Below, one piece after another: positions 38,441-52,607 of a DNA stretch of 64,000 bases (within the stretch, counting starts at the first letter, position 1; the number at the start of each line of letters is the position of its first letter). Origin of the DNA: Felis catus (lineage: Eukaryota); assembly GCF_018350175.1 (NCBI RefSeq), contig NC_058368.1:14200001-14264000 (forward strand), given 5' to 3'. The notes under the pieces are model-generated. The model was not told the origin of the DNA and did no database searches. It saw only the letters and a program-made list of their open reading frames with translations. The translations under genes and the position numbers were made by a program.

Positions 38441-39679
38441 ACAACAGGAGGTTCAAAATAAAAAGTGTATACAACTAGAATGCCAAAGATGGCATTGAGA
38501 ACTGAGAGATGGTTAGAACATGGCTAGATAAAAGAAGAAAAAAAAAAAGAGGAATCAAATTCTGGACCAAGGGAATAATTTGATACCAAAGCCTGGAGGC
38601 AAGAGATAGTAAGACATGTTGCTGGACAGCTCTTTTTAATCAGCCAAAGGCTAGGTAAGTGCCTGTTGTGTACCAGCCACATAGGCAAGGTCATCGCATC
38701 TTGGCAAGGGTGGCCGGCAAGGGTCATGCCATGCAGGGTTTATAAGCTATGCTAAGGGTGCTATGATATAATTAAAGAGAGCTAGGCATAATCTACAGCG
38801 TAGCAAGTGGACTCTGGATTGAAACTAATCTGAGATTCAGAAATCTTGTTTAAGATGCTGGTATCATAGACTGACTAATAGTGGCTATGAGGAAGGAAGA
38901 AGTGGACACATTTAAAGTATCCTTTGGAAATTAAGTCTAGAGAAATGCTGATAGATTAGATTGTAAGAGGGAAAAGAAGGGATCAAACATCACTTGATTG
39001 CTGGCTTTAATAGCTGGATGGTTTATACGGTAAGTATAGTTTACTTGGAACAATAGAGAAGGAAGAATATGGGTTGGGTGGGACATAGTTTCACTTTTGG
39101 TTACACTGATTTTGTAGCGTCTGTGAAATTTCTGAGTGGAAATGTTGAATAGACATCTTGAATTTGCATCTCCAAAGAGACAGGTAGAATGGGGATTTGG
39201 ATTTAGGAGTCCTGAGCTTATATGGTAAACGGTAGATAAGGATACAGATGTGATGCTCAGGGAACCTGTGTGGAAGGAGCAGAGAACATGATGCCATGCT
39301 TTTTGCTGCTGTTTCTGCTGGGAATCCTCTTTACCCACAGCTGTACATGATTGGCTGTTTTTTTGTCATTTAGGAATCAGCTTAAATGTCACCCCCTCAG
39401 AGAGGCTCCCTTAACCATCTTATTGAGTTACCACACTTCCGTCATATGATTTTGTTTTAACATTTAGTAACACCATCTCAAATTATTTTCATTCTTTACG
39501 TCCATCTTCTTTACCAAAATGTACTTGGCCTTAAGAATCTGTGTCTTCTTCACTGATATATTCCTGGTTTCTGGAAAAATACCTAGCACATAGTTCACAA
39601 TCACAAATATTTATTGAAGGAATTAAGAAAAGAATGGTGAGTAGAATGTTTGAGAAGCAATGAGGAGTCAACAAAAGAG

Positions 39680-39725
39680 TTTTTTTTTTAATTTTTATTA
39701 ATTTGAGAGAGAGGGAAAGAGAATG

Positions 39726-39784
<59 letters not shown>

Positions 39785-39910
39785 TCCCAAGTAGGCTCCA
39801 CACCATCAGCACAGGGCTTGACATGGGGCTTGAACCCATGAACCATGATATCATGATCTGAGCTGAAACCAAGAGTCTGCCCTTTAACTGCTGAGCCACC
39901 CAGGCACCCC
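39680..39910 (-). mobile_element. CAN-SINE with long (GA)n
   Basis: Reverse SINE ending gagccacccaggcacccc. Confidence 0.92.
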
Positions 39911-40558
39911 AGCAAGAGGGTTTTTAAGTTAGGATGAGAGGGACCACTGGATTCGGTGACAAGATGGTCGTGTTGGTTTCACCCACACATACACCGGTGA
40001 GTACCTGTGTGCTAAGGATGCTGCATAGAGACCCAGGCCCTGCTGTAAGAGAGCTTACAGTCCAGTGGGGACAGCAGTCTTCTAATTACTGATATAATAA
40101 ATGTGCCAGAGTAGAGGGTACTGTGGGAGCAGATAATTAAGGGAATGACTTCTGAGAAAGCAGTGACTTAACTAGAGTACTGGGGTCAGGACCTAGGTTG
40201 TTTTGAGCTGAGGAGTGAGTGGGATGTGAGCATGGTCAGCAAGTACACACAACTCCAAGGAGTTTGGCCAAGAAGGGGAAAGATAGAGTGGTTGCTGCAG
40301 ATGGGTTTTTTGGGTAGTGAGGGTATTTTTTGGAAGATCTTTCTTGCCCCTTTTCTCTGAATGTTGGAAATAATATATGACATTTATTATAACTGCTGCA
40401 ATATAGGCTTTTAAAAGTGGAAGTTTTGTTGTCATCGCTTATATATTTAGAATTACTGACTCTCACCTTAAGTTTACCTCATTTCTTTTCACTTTAGACC
40501 TTTCTCTTTCATAAATTTGAACTTGGGAGTTCCAGATTTTAAGAAAATATCATATATA

Positions 40559-40752
40559 GGGGCATATGGGTGGCTCCGTCGGTTGAGCATCCGATTTCAG
40601 CTCAGGTCATGATTACACCATTCGTGAGTTCAGGCCCCGCATCAGACTTGCTGCTGTCAGCACGGAGCCCGCTTCCAATCCTCCGTCTCCCTCTCTCTCT
40701 GCATCTCTCCTGCTTGGGCTCTCTCTCTCAAAAATAAAATAAACATTTAAAA
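40559..40752 (+). mobile_element. CAN-SINE
   Basis: ggggcatatgggtggctccgtcggttgagc...aaaataaaataaacatt. Confidence 0.9.
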
Positions 40753-40762
40753 ATATGTGTAT

Positions 40763-40926
40763 ATTTTTTGAGGAACCTACACACTGTTTTCCAGAGTGGC
40801 TGCACCAGTTTGCATTCCCACCAACAGTGCAAGAGGGTTCCTGTTTCATATTTTAAAAAATAATAAAATAAAACAAAATACGATACAAAATAAAAAACTA
40901 AAAAATAAAATAAAATAAAATAAAAA
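40763..40926. mobile_element. Short inverted L1 ORF2 fragment followed by a + strand A-rich tail
   Basis: ttttttgaggaacc...ctgttttccagagtggctgcaccagtttgcattcccaccaacagtg is antisense L1 text; (TAAAA)n follows. Confidence 0.75.
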
Positions 40927-43309
40927 TGTGTTTATATATCATATTTGGATAGTTAGGATGTAGTTACAGTAAAGACACATTACTCTGTTAGAAAAACAGA
41001 TAGGCTTCTATTTGTTGAGGCCCTACTATGTGTAAGCACAAATTAGACTCTTTATACACTCTTCTATCTCATTTGCGCAGACATACGGTATTTTTCTTAA
41101 CTTTCTCTAATAGTTTAAAATAAAGCATATAAAAAACACTTTCTCTTGGTCGTTAGAATATCAGTCTTTAATTTGTCCTTGTGGGAATGAAGTTAAAAAT
41201 CTTTAAGTTGAAATTGCTATAAATGTTGATCCTACTTAACAGCTATACCCGTGAATATAATTCATCAATCATAGCCGGAGAAAGCAATTGTGCAGTTGTC
41301 TACAATTAACAGGACAAAAACAGTTGATGAATGTGCAGCTGAATTAAAGTACTCCCTAGGACAGACTGAAATTATAAACTGGATCATTTAAAGGAATCTA
41401 ACAAAGGATCTTTATAATTAAAACAAAGCAAGGTTAATGGGATGTAAAATTGCCTATAATATCTTGGCAATAATAATTGGATTTTAAATTATTAAAATAT
41501 GAATTGAACTATAAAGCAAATAAAGACTTTTTTAAATTATGGAATTTGAGTATCCTTTGAAATAAATTAATCATTTGCCTAAAATAAACGTTTATCACTC
41601 TTTTGAAAGCATTTAGGATATAATTAATTAGTATGCACAAAGCAGTGTGTATTTGTAGTTAGTACCGAATTTAACATACGATTCATAAGATTCCAATTTT
41701 ATTTTGTTCTTTAGAATAGTGAAAAATATATAGCTTACATTTCTTTGGTTTTAAAGAGGAAAAGCATATTGCATCTAAGCATAATTCCTTAGTGATTATA
41801 TAGCCCCAACTTGAATATCTTCTTTATTTTAACAACTGTTATTTAATAATTAAGCCAATAAGCTTTGGTTTATCTATTCATTTTGTGTGTTTGATTTGGC
41901 AAAATGTGTATTAAATAAAGAGTAACTTCCAAAACTGTAAGGTAAGAAACTTTTTTTCTTAGAGTTGAGATTCCGGTTTAATTTTGAACCAAGAATCCCT
42001 GAAAACTTCTGGAAAACAGAAGCTCCCCACCTAATCTAAACCTTTCTTCTTTACTACTCCGTTATTCATTTTACACATGTGGTAAGTTATTAAATGTGCA
42101 AGTTTTGTAAATGAATGAGGTAAAAAAAATCTTGTACTTTTACAAAATTAATTGTATAGATCTTAAACAGTATTGCTAATTTACAGACTTAGCTTTAGAC
42201 ATTGATTATAAATAAAATGTTATTTACCTAAAACTAAGATTAGCAAGTCCTATCTAATAATGGCTAGATTTCAAGGAATAAGAAAATATATTTCAGAATT
42301 TGGTTATCATAAATTTTATTTGAATTGCACTTTTAACTATGTTTAAAATATATCTGCGTGTGTGTGTATTGAGATTCTTTTTCTTTTATGAGGACGACTT
42401 TAAATATACTTTCCTCCTAGAGAGGATTATTTTAACTTTGGTGAGAGTTAAGTAATAATTCATAAAACACTTCTAATTTATATTATTTTTATTAAGACCA
42501 AAAAAAAAGGCAAGAGTGACAATTTTTTGGTATAGTCATTTATATATCTTATTTCCTGTTGTTTCGTATTTCTTCTAGAGACATTAATTTTTTTGTTGCT
42601 CTTCTTAGCTTACTTATTGCAGGCAAATGCCAGTCAAGATTCAGATGATCCATATCTTTATTAGAAAACTTGGATTCAGTTTCTATACCATTCTGATATA
42701 ACTGGTTTCTATTTTTGACATAACTTGGCAACAGAGGAGCTGAGAATTGGCATTTATAGCTCGTATGTTGTTTAAATAAAAGATATGGGTAAAAGTGAGC
42801 TAACATGTTGCCAGAGGGCCTGTGCTAACATAAAGGTGCATTGTGTATGGCCAGTCCAACCATAAGCTAAAGGTGAGAAGTGAGGTGAAGGAATAGAATG
42901 AGCAATCCAGGTAAGACCAGAGTAGAGCCATGGCCTGGGCTATAGATTTTAGTCTAGAAGCTCTTCCTAAGGTGCTAGGGAAATAGAAGCATTAAGTATA
43001 TAGGCTGATTATTTTTCATGTTAGTTACTGTTGTAAAGACCAACGTTTGAAAAACCAGGATACTTCCTTTATAATATGACTATCTTAAAGAGTCACAGTC
43101 TGAGATAGAAGAGTAATAAGAAAAAGTCATTTGTTTATATTTGCATATATAAATGTTTACATATTTTTTTAAAAAAGCACTACTCCTATTTATGAATCAG
43201 ACTTCAAAACAGTCCATTATTCAAGGTCTAGATTTTTTTCATTCCTAGCACAATGTAAGAAAAATAAGACTTAACTTACTTAAGAATAGACTGATGTTAA
43301 AATTGTTTA

Positions 43310-45180
43310 ATATTTCTACCAAACATTTAAGGAAAAAAAATGATAAAATTAATTTCAAAGTCTTCCCAAAATAGAAGAGTAGGTAATGCTTTACACTTCA
43401 TTTTATGAGATTTCATCTCCCTGATAACAATAACAATTACAAGTAATAAAATTATAGATCAATATCCACCATAAGCATAGGTACAATATTAATATTACCT
43501 TTAATAAAAGTTGGCTAATCAAATCCAGGAATATGTGAAAAAGATGTATCATAAGCAAGAGGTGTATATTCCAAACATGCAGAGTTGATTTAATATTCAA
43601 AAATATCTATGAATGAATTATACAATGTCAGCAGATTAAAAAAGAAAACATATGTATGGATATTTTAATATTCATAAGAAAAACATTTGAAAAATTCCAC
43701 ATATGTTCATAATAAAATTCTCAGTAAACTAGAAATCAAACTCCCTCAATGTAATAAGTGCTATCTATAGAAAATAAACAGCTAACATCCTACGTAATGG
43801 TGAAAGACTAAATGCTTTCCCTCTAGATCAAAAACACTGCAAGGATGTTCTCACTCACTATTTCTATTCAATATTGGGCTGGAGGTCTTAGCCAGTTCAA
43901 TTAGGCGAGTAGAACATTCTAAGATGTTTGAAAAAAGATAGTGTCATAAGTGAAATTAGCAAAGTCACATGATATGAGGTCAGTATTCAAAAATCAATTA
44001 TAAAAAAGGATTATAAATACATGCAGCATGCATAAAAAACCAAAAATCTATTACAATAACATTTAGTTATATGTGAAATATTGGAAGCTTAAATAAAGCA
44101 AAACCATTATAATATTATCAAAAACATGAACTACTTATGGTTGTACTTAATAAAATTTGTGAAAGACCTGTGTGATAAAAACTACAAAATATTTCTGTAA
44201 AAAAATTAAAAATAAATAAATGCAGAAATATGTATTCATGAATCAGAGGGCCTAACATGGTTAAGATCTTAGTTCTCCCCAAACTGGTCTATAGACTCAA
44301 ACCTAATCAGAATTCCAGCAGGCTATTAACAAGATAGTTTTTAAATTTCGGTGAAAATACAAAGGACTAACAGTAGCCAACACAAATGAAAAATGAACAG
44401 AGTTGGATGATTGGTGTAAAGATAGAGAGATAGAGCAATGGAATGGAGGAAAGAAGATCTTACAGCTCAATAATAAAAAGACAAACTACCCAATACAAGT
44501 CAGACAAATGATTTGAACAGACACAGTAACAAAGAAGATATACAGATGGCCAATCAGCACGTGAAAACATGCTCCACATCATTATTCATTTGGGAAATTC
44601 AATTTTAAATACAGTGAGATAGCATTATGCACATACTGTAATCGACATAATTCAGTAGGTTGTCAATACTAAGCCTTGGTGAAAATGTGGAGCCACTGGA
44701 ACCTTGTACCTTGCTGGTGGGTGTGCAAAATGGCACATCCACTTGAAAAACAGTTTGTCAGTATCTTACAAGGTTAAACATCCACTTAACCATTTGACCC
44801 AATAATTCCAAACTTAGATATTTTCTTGAGAGAAATGAAAATATTGGTCCAAATTAAGACCTGTATGTGAATGTTCATAGCAGCTCTATTTATAATAGCC
44901 CAAGATGAAAATAACCCAAACGTCTATCACTAGATAAATGGATAAGCTACTATGTAATGTTATAGGGAATACTACTCAACAATAAAAGGTATAAGCCACA
45001 GATATGCACCACATACATGGAACTTAAAAGTATTTTGTGAACCCAGTGGCAACTGCGTGACTCAGTTGTTTAAATGTCTGGTTCTTGATTTGGGGTCAGG
45101 TCATGATCTCACAGGTTCCTGGGATCGAGCACCACATGGGGCTCTGTGCCGACAGCGTGGAGCCTGCTCGGGATTCCCTT

Positions 45181-45220
<40 letters not shown>

Positions 45221-45525
45221 AATTAATAGACATTTTTTAAGTATTTTGTGAAGCTAAAGAAGCCAGACAGAAAAAATATGCTATGTGGTTGCATTTATGG
45301 GCATTATGGAAAAAACAGAATTAGAGGGACAGAAAATAGTTCGATCCTTGCTATGGATGGCAGGATCAAAGCACAAGGGAACATTTTGGGTGATGGAAAT
45401 GTTGTGGTTGTAGCAGTGGCTACCTAAGATATGCATTTGTCAAAACTCATGAAATTGCATTTAACAAGAATTAACTTTATTATGTGTAAATTATACCTCA
45501 ATAAACCTCACTTAAAAAAAAAACT
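43310..45525 (+). mobile_element. Old, internally deleted L1M ORF2 and 3' UTR with a SINE at 45047-45240
   Basis: aatggtgaaagactaaatgctttccc; aaagaagatatacagatggccaa; tatgtgtaaattatacctcaataaa. Confidence 0.85.
45047..45240 (+). mobile_element. Diverged CAN-SINE
   Basis: TSD aagtattttgtgaa on both sides. Confidence 0.85.
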
Positions 45526-45809
45526 ACAGTAGGGCTTCATTGCTTATAAAGTTCTGTAACATGACCTGAGAGGCTTTTACTTATCTGGCCTCCCTTGCCT
45601 TCCCACACTGACTCAAGCACACTCCATTCACTCCTAAAGCACCCCTATGTCACCTCATATTTCATTGCCCTTTACTACCACGAAGAAGGCTCCCAGTAAA
45701 TTATTGTTAAGTGAATGAATGCCTAACTCTGCATCCCACTCTCTGGAATGCCCTGGGAGAAGCCATACTAAGCTGTTTATTTCCCAAACAAGTCAAACAC
45801 AATTTGCCT

Positions 45810-46030
45810 GTTTGTGTGGCTTTGAGCAAGATACTTAATCTCTCTAAGCCTTAGTTTCTTCATCAGTATAATGGGGCTAATTATGCTTGTCTAATAAGAT
45901 ATCAAATGAGGTAAGAATCAAATGAAATGATACCTATAATGCACTTAGCCTGGTACGTAATCAGTACTTAGTGTTCCTGACACATAATAGGGACTCAAGA
46001 AATGAGCATTTATTTATTATTATTATTTAT
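45810..46030 (+). mobile_element. MIR relic
   Basis: tgtgtggctttgagcaagatacttaatctctctaagccttagtttcttcatcagtataatgggg. Confidence 0.75.
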
Positions 46031-47691
46031 TTAAGTGACATTTGAGCTGGATTTTGAAGACTATGGACAGAGGAGGTTGAGGACACTAGAGTACCTTACA
46101 CATCCCATCCAGAGCACTGATGGGTTTCTGTGTGTTCTCAATATGATAGTGTCACTACTCCCTCATTGACTAAATCACATTTTACGCAGAACACTAATAC
46201 GCACACAAGTGGAAGGATAGGGTGGTAATCATGACCTAGTCAGAGGCTTCCTAGTATATTGTATCACTAACCAGTGGAAACAGCAAAGATAAAAGCCAAA
46301 TGTTACTTGTTCTCTCCCTTCTTTTCCAAAAGAAATATATTTTAGATTGCATCATTCCCTAGTTCTTAGAATTCATACTGGTAGACTCAACAATAAGTTG
46401 TATTTTTAGCCAAGGGTAAAGCTTTTATTGGGACTTGTAATCATAGTATTTGGGACACTTTTTGCAACCATTTTCCCTTGGTAAAGGAACCATATCACTG
46501 AGGGCACACAGAACTTGGTAAATTAACCAGAGACTCTCCTGGAGTACACATTTTTTCCTGGCATCACTGTGGCCACTGGTGCTGTTATGCCTCATTTGCT
46601 TCCAGATTTTTCCCCCAAGTTGTCTTTATACACCATCAATCCATGTTTCTCTACTCCTGTTACTAGAAGTTAAGTAGAATAAAATGGCTTGAAGCAAGCC
46701 TTCTTTTCTTTTAGTCACTACTACATCTCTGATCTTGAGCTGGTTTTTCTCACTTCACCAAGTCCTGTTCCATTGCTTTTCAGCCTTGTATTCCCGTTAG
46801 CATTGGCTGTCCTTCTCCTGGACATTATAACTTTGAACCGTTTACTTGCAATCACAAATTTAAGCTAGGAGCTTGATTATTTGGCCCAGGGTTAACCCTA
46901 AAAGGAGGGAGTCTTCTGATCAGTATTTTTGAAACTATTTTCTTGGCCTTTAACAGTATATGAAAGTAATGGGTTGCTGTTGGCATTTTCAAAAATAGGA
47001 AATAGTAAATAATAGAAAAAATAATTGGGTATAGGTAAATATTGCTTGCTGAAGTGTTTGCTGTATGGATGTATAGGGTTATGATATGAAGTGTATTTCT
47101 CGTAGTTTACTTTGAGACACAGTTTAAAAGTCACGATTCTAAGCTGATTTTCCTAGTTTGTGTGTCTTAAAACAACTTCAACATGTTCTGCCCTGATAGC
47201 AATGTTTTCTAAATCCATATTAAACTATAGGGTGAGTAAAGTATACAAATCCTTCATAGTGGTATTCGCTGGTTTTGCATAGAAGAGTAAATAGCTAAGC
47301 AATTAGTCACTGAAGAGACTGGAAAGAAGAAAAGTAGGAGATTTGATAAAAATTGACCTTTGTGGCCTGTGAACAAATGGAAAGTTACTCTCTTTGTATG
47401 TGTACCATAAAAGTTGACTTCCTTAATCTAGTGACGAAACTAGTATTAGAATACCTGGAGACTCCTCTTAAGAAGTGACCAACAATGTTGAATTAGTGTA
47501 TACTCTTTGTAATCTTTCTAATAATATTGTTTCTGAGCTGGTTAATTCAGGGATAGACTTTGGGACTGTACAACTAAATGAAACTAACTAAGCAGGGCCA
47601 TGCTCCCCACATAAAAAAAGAGAAATGAAGCTTGCTGAGAAATGAAATCCAGACTTTGCCATCTGCACGAACTCAGAACACTGCATGAACT

Positions 47692-47875
47692 CAGTGGTCC
47701 TCCTATGTCAATGTGCATTAGTATCACAGGGATGTTTATTAAACATACAGATGCTAGGGTCTCACCTCAGTCAGACCCGTGCAATCAGAATCTCTCCATG
47801 GGAGTTATCCCACCCTTTTTAATATGTTCTGCAAGTGATCACATCTTCAGTATACACCAAAATTTGAGAACTGTT
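47692..47875. mobile_element. MER5-like hAT relic
   Basis: cagtggtcctc...tgcattagtatcacagggatgtttattaaacatacagatgctagg...aaatttgagaactg. Confidence 0.6.
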
Positions 47876-49695
47876 ACACTTCATTCATTCATCTTACGAG
47901 CCATGTAAAATTATCACCATCTTTACCCGTAACTGGAAACATAAATATGGTCATGAGCTAAGTCATTTTTTTTCTATCCTGTACTAAGAAGTATAATAAC
48001 TGTTCAGGTTCATGGTAGATTATAATATATTTTTCTACAAAAAAATTCCACTTTTATGTATTTGAAGTTATAGACTTATATGAAGTTGCAAATAGGTGAT
48101 AAGAAAATAAATGCTTATCTGTGGATCCTTGTTTTCATCCAACACAATTACTTAATTCCCAAAGCTTTTTCGTAACAGTTAATTAGATGGAGGGTGGGTG
48201 CAGAGGTAGGTTTTCAACCAAGGTGAATTCCCTCTCATCACCCCACTTTGTATCTTTAATGCCTCTCTCTCTTCATATCAAGTCCTTCGATATCAATCTC
48301 AAACTCCAAAATTATCCATTAGGCTTTATCTTCCTTCTCTCTAGTTCTCCCCAAGCAAACCCCAGTCCTCCAGTGAATCTGACACAAGTGTAGGTCTGAT
48401 TATATTTTTATATAATAGGTTTCCATATATTAATTTGATCCAAAGTCATGAATAATTAGTAGATTTTATCCTCTGGGAAAGATTTAGTGTTTTAAGAGAA
48501 TAACTTGATATTGTATGTAATTTTTTTTTTCCTAACAGCAACATAAAGACAGAGATTTTTAAGTCTCTAAGTGTCTGTTTTCCACCTTTCCTTCTTTCGT
48601 TGCAATAGAAAGGCTCAGGATAGCCCACTCCAGAGACCCCCCCCCACTGTACCCCAGCTTTCTAATCTTTGTATTATATCAGTATATAATTGAGTAAATT
48701 GGGTCTTGCTTAAAAAGAATTAAAAAAAGTTTGATTGAGTAGTACAACTCCTACTAATATTCCAAATTCCAAATCTAGATTCAAATATGCAGAATCTCTT
48801 TGAAAGTCCCACCACAGCCTGGTGTGGGGGTTCATAGACAAATGTCAAAATGTGCCATTGTTTTTCCTTCTAATGAACATAAAATAACCAGTATATCAAC
48901 GTGTACCTTTTAGAAAAGTGCAGTACTCTTTGGCAGGGGTAGAGGTAGGGGATAATATATGTCAAACATTTTACAAATATTCTTTTACTTATGCTCCTAA
49001 CAAATTTTCCCTCCTTAAAGGACATGTACTTTTGGCTAATGCAGGAGAGTTGGAGTCAGAGATATACTTCTCAGGAACAACATGGTATTTATTCTACTAT
49101 TTTCATTAAGTGACGACTGTTGGCACTAAATTAAGAATCAGTAGAGGCCAAAGCTTGTAAACATTTTCCAAAAAAAAAAGAAAAAAAGAAAAAAACAACA
49201 TTAATTTTAGATTTAAAAATTAGATTATAATTTTTTTAAATAGTCTATTCAAAGACTATAGCACAGGAAGCAGTTGAACTTCTCTGACCCAGTCAGACTC
49301 CACCTTGCAGTGTCACCAGAATCTCCATGCCTTTCTCTTAAGATTTTGGCACCAAAGGGAATTCTGCTCCTATGCTGTGTGGCCACTCCACTTTCAATCA
49401 GTCTGTCTTCTTGGCTAAATAAAAATCTGATCTTACAGTTTGAGCCTGCGTTCTTTCCCACAGTTTATAGAATATCTGAAAGAGTACACCCTCATTTTCT
49501 AATCAGGAAACTGAAACACAGACACAAGGAAAATTCTTTGCGCAAATTCATAATGCTGACAAAAGGCAGAACCTTAATATTAACTGCTTTTGTCCCCTCT
49601 TCACCTATAGATGATAGAAGACTAATTTTTTCTGACCTCTCATATTGCCTTTTCTGTTGACTTGTTTTCTTTCATCAAATTACAGAGATTATATT

Positions 49696-49906
49696 GGGGC
49701 ACCTGGGTGGCTCAATTGGTTAAGCATCCAACTGCAGGTCATGGTCTTGCAGTTTGGTTTGTGAATTCGAGCCCCGCGTCAGGCTCTGTACTGACAGTTC
49801 AGAGCCTGGAGCCTCCTTCAGATTCTGTGTCTTCCTCTCTATCTGCCCCTCCCCCACTCAGACTCTGTCTCTCTCTCAAAAATAAATAAACATGGATTTT
49901 TTTTTT
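49696..49906 (+). mobile_element. CAN-SINE
   Basis: TSD aattacagagattatatt / aattatagagattatatt. Confidence 0.92.
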
Positions 49907-52429
49907 AATTATAGAGATTATATTTAAAATTCAGGATCTGTTCATCTCAAGTCAAAGACAAATAATTGAATTATAACAGATGGCCTAAAATTGGATTCTT
50001 CCTAGAATATCAGAACTTGCTCTTCTGATATCTGTTCCATTTGGAATAGAATACTTTCTTTTGTCTCCTGACTTCTTTCCTGTATCCATGACAACTCTAT
50101 CTGCTTTAGAATAGGAATAAATAGGATTGAACAAATTACGTTTTGTTCTGTTTCTTTTGGAAAGTAGACTCACATTAGAAGATGAAGACCTATTCACTTC
50201 CTATTTTGTATAGATACTTGAGAAAGAAAATATCCTGTAACAGATACTCCTAAATTATCCAATATTTTTTATTTACCTCATTTTATTTACATTGTGCTAA
50301 ATGTACCATAGAATTTCCTGGTATTAAGAAACTACCTTAAATTAAATTAAAACTCTACATTAAAATTCTATTTCTTCTTTGCCCCTCCTTCTCATATAAC
50401 ATACTCATGTATTCATTCAGTCATTTATTCATCTAGCCATATATTACTGGTGAGTCTATATTTCATAACAGGTACCTTGTCAGTGCAAGTTGGCTAGAGA
50501 TGAATAAGCACTGTACCTCATTTTATGAACATCCCAGTCTTCTTAAAAAGAAAAGAAAGAAAAAGAAACAAAACAATGTGATTAATATTATAATGACAGC
50601 ATCGAGAAATTGGGAGGCCTCTTAGCTTTATTGGGCGCAAGGGTTGGTAGGGTTTACAGGAAGAGATGGCACTTACAAAGGTCCTGAACTATCATTAAAA
50701 GATACTATAAAGATTTTTTTCTAGACCATAGAATAAGTATGTTAAAGAGGCAGTAGACAAGATTAGAAAAGTATACAGTCATCTATATATAGTAAGCTTG
50801 ACTATTATCTTGTCTATTATAAGTAGGCATTGAAAAAATTTAAGAATAGATAGCACTGATGGACAAATGGAAAATGTATTAGATAGATTGAAGGTGGGGA
50901 GGCAGAAAAATGAGGGAGCCATTGTAATCCAAATGATAATGATTTATGTGAACTTAAGTAATGGCTTAAATTAAAGCAATGTTAGTGTATGAGTAAAACA
51001 GTTTAAAATATATTGAGGTAAAATCGACAAGACTTGGTGACTAGTTTACTGTGGGATGATCTTAAAGCCACATTTCAATGGATTGGAAAGTGAATAGGGG
51101 TGTTAAAGATTATTTCCTGTTGTGATGTTGATCTAGCTCCTAAGATCCAATATTTTGTGTTTGACACAATGTTGATATTTTTGGCCTACCTGCTAAATAT
51201 AGTCAAATTTCAATGTTAAGCAACTTAAGACTTTGTTCCCTTGTTCAGAATGCTTAACTTTTTCCACACTATGTAAAACTTGTGGTGTAATTGTTCTTAA
51301 TCTATAAAAAGGAGCATAGGAATTAAAACTCCCCCAAAGTCTACATTAATGTTGTCTAAGAAATATATAAATAATAAGTTGATTAATACCCAAGATTATA
51401 CCATGATATCCTAAGGGAATATGTGTATCAGATGTGAAGAAAGAGTTACTTAATTTTCTTAAAATCTTTCATTTCAGGAGTCAGCCTCACATAACAAACC
51501 CAGACAGATTTGGGTTGTACATTGGTTCTGTTGCTGGAAGTTCCCTGGACTTAAACAAATTGCTTAACTTATTTAATTAGTTATTTATTTTGGTGCTTTC
51601 CACTATAAAATGGGACTAATAATATATCCAACTCATGGTTGTTTGGGGATTACCCAAAATAGTATATGAAAAGAACCAAGCATGTGTAAGGTGTTCAATA
51701 GAGTTCATTTCTTTCCTTGAAATTTTATTTTTGAGGGGGACATGTGTGGAGAAACCACATAGACAGTTCATATTCAGGAACAATATTGTGAAATAATAAT
51801 TTTATACAAGAAAAGGAACTACGGGTTACTCAGTGATCTGAGGTTATGTTCTGCAAAGAATACTCACATCCTACATAGGGTGCACGCTTTGAAGCAACAT
51901 GGGTCTTACAAGTGTTTTAGGAGTTCTCCAGTTCTGCTCCTCCTCCCTATAAACTGTTGTCTCAAAGAGCAGGAATGCTCTGTGAGCACATGCCTAAAGC
52001 AGTTGGTATTTTAAGCCTATGACAAGAAATTAAGTAGAGAATCTAGCCTGGAACATTCTGGATAAGCCAAGACCCATGAGAGGCTAATACGGTCCTAGTG
52101 ATGAGTCCTCCTTGATATTACCAGGAATTAAAGGAAGCACTTACCGAAGATAGATCTGTTGTTCCCACTCATTAAGACTAGAAGTGAGATTTTAAAAAAA
52201 GGTCACTAAGTATATGAGAATGAAAACTACTGTATATGAGAATTATCAAGGAAAAAACAACAAACTTGCTATTTAGTTTATACAAAATTAAGTGAGGTTC
52301 AATCTGCCCCGTTCTGATTGAACTTGACAATTGAGCAAGAAAAAAATGATAATTCATTTCATTAATGAGCAGTGCAAGTAAAGAATGGCAATCTTGAGAA
52401 TAGCACTGTTGTTAAAAATCTAAGTAAAA

Positions 52430-52607
52430 GGGGCACCTGAGCATCTCAGTAAGTTAAACATCTTGTTTGGGTCAAGATCTCGAGGTTCATGAGTTCAAGC
52501 TCCACATAGGGCTCTGCATGGACAGTGCAGAGCTGCGTGGGATTCTCTGTCCCTACCTCTCTCTGACCCTCCCCCACAGCACAAGCTCTTGCTCTCAAAA
52601 ATAAATA
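52430..52607 (+). mobile_element. CAN-SINE whose tail resumes at 53470-53490
   Basis: ggggcacctgagcatctcag...ctctcaaaaataaata, then after the insert taaataaacattttttt. Confidence 0.85.
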
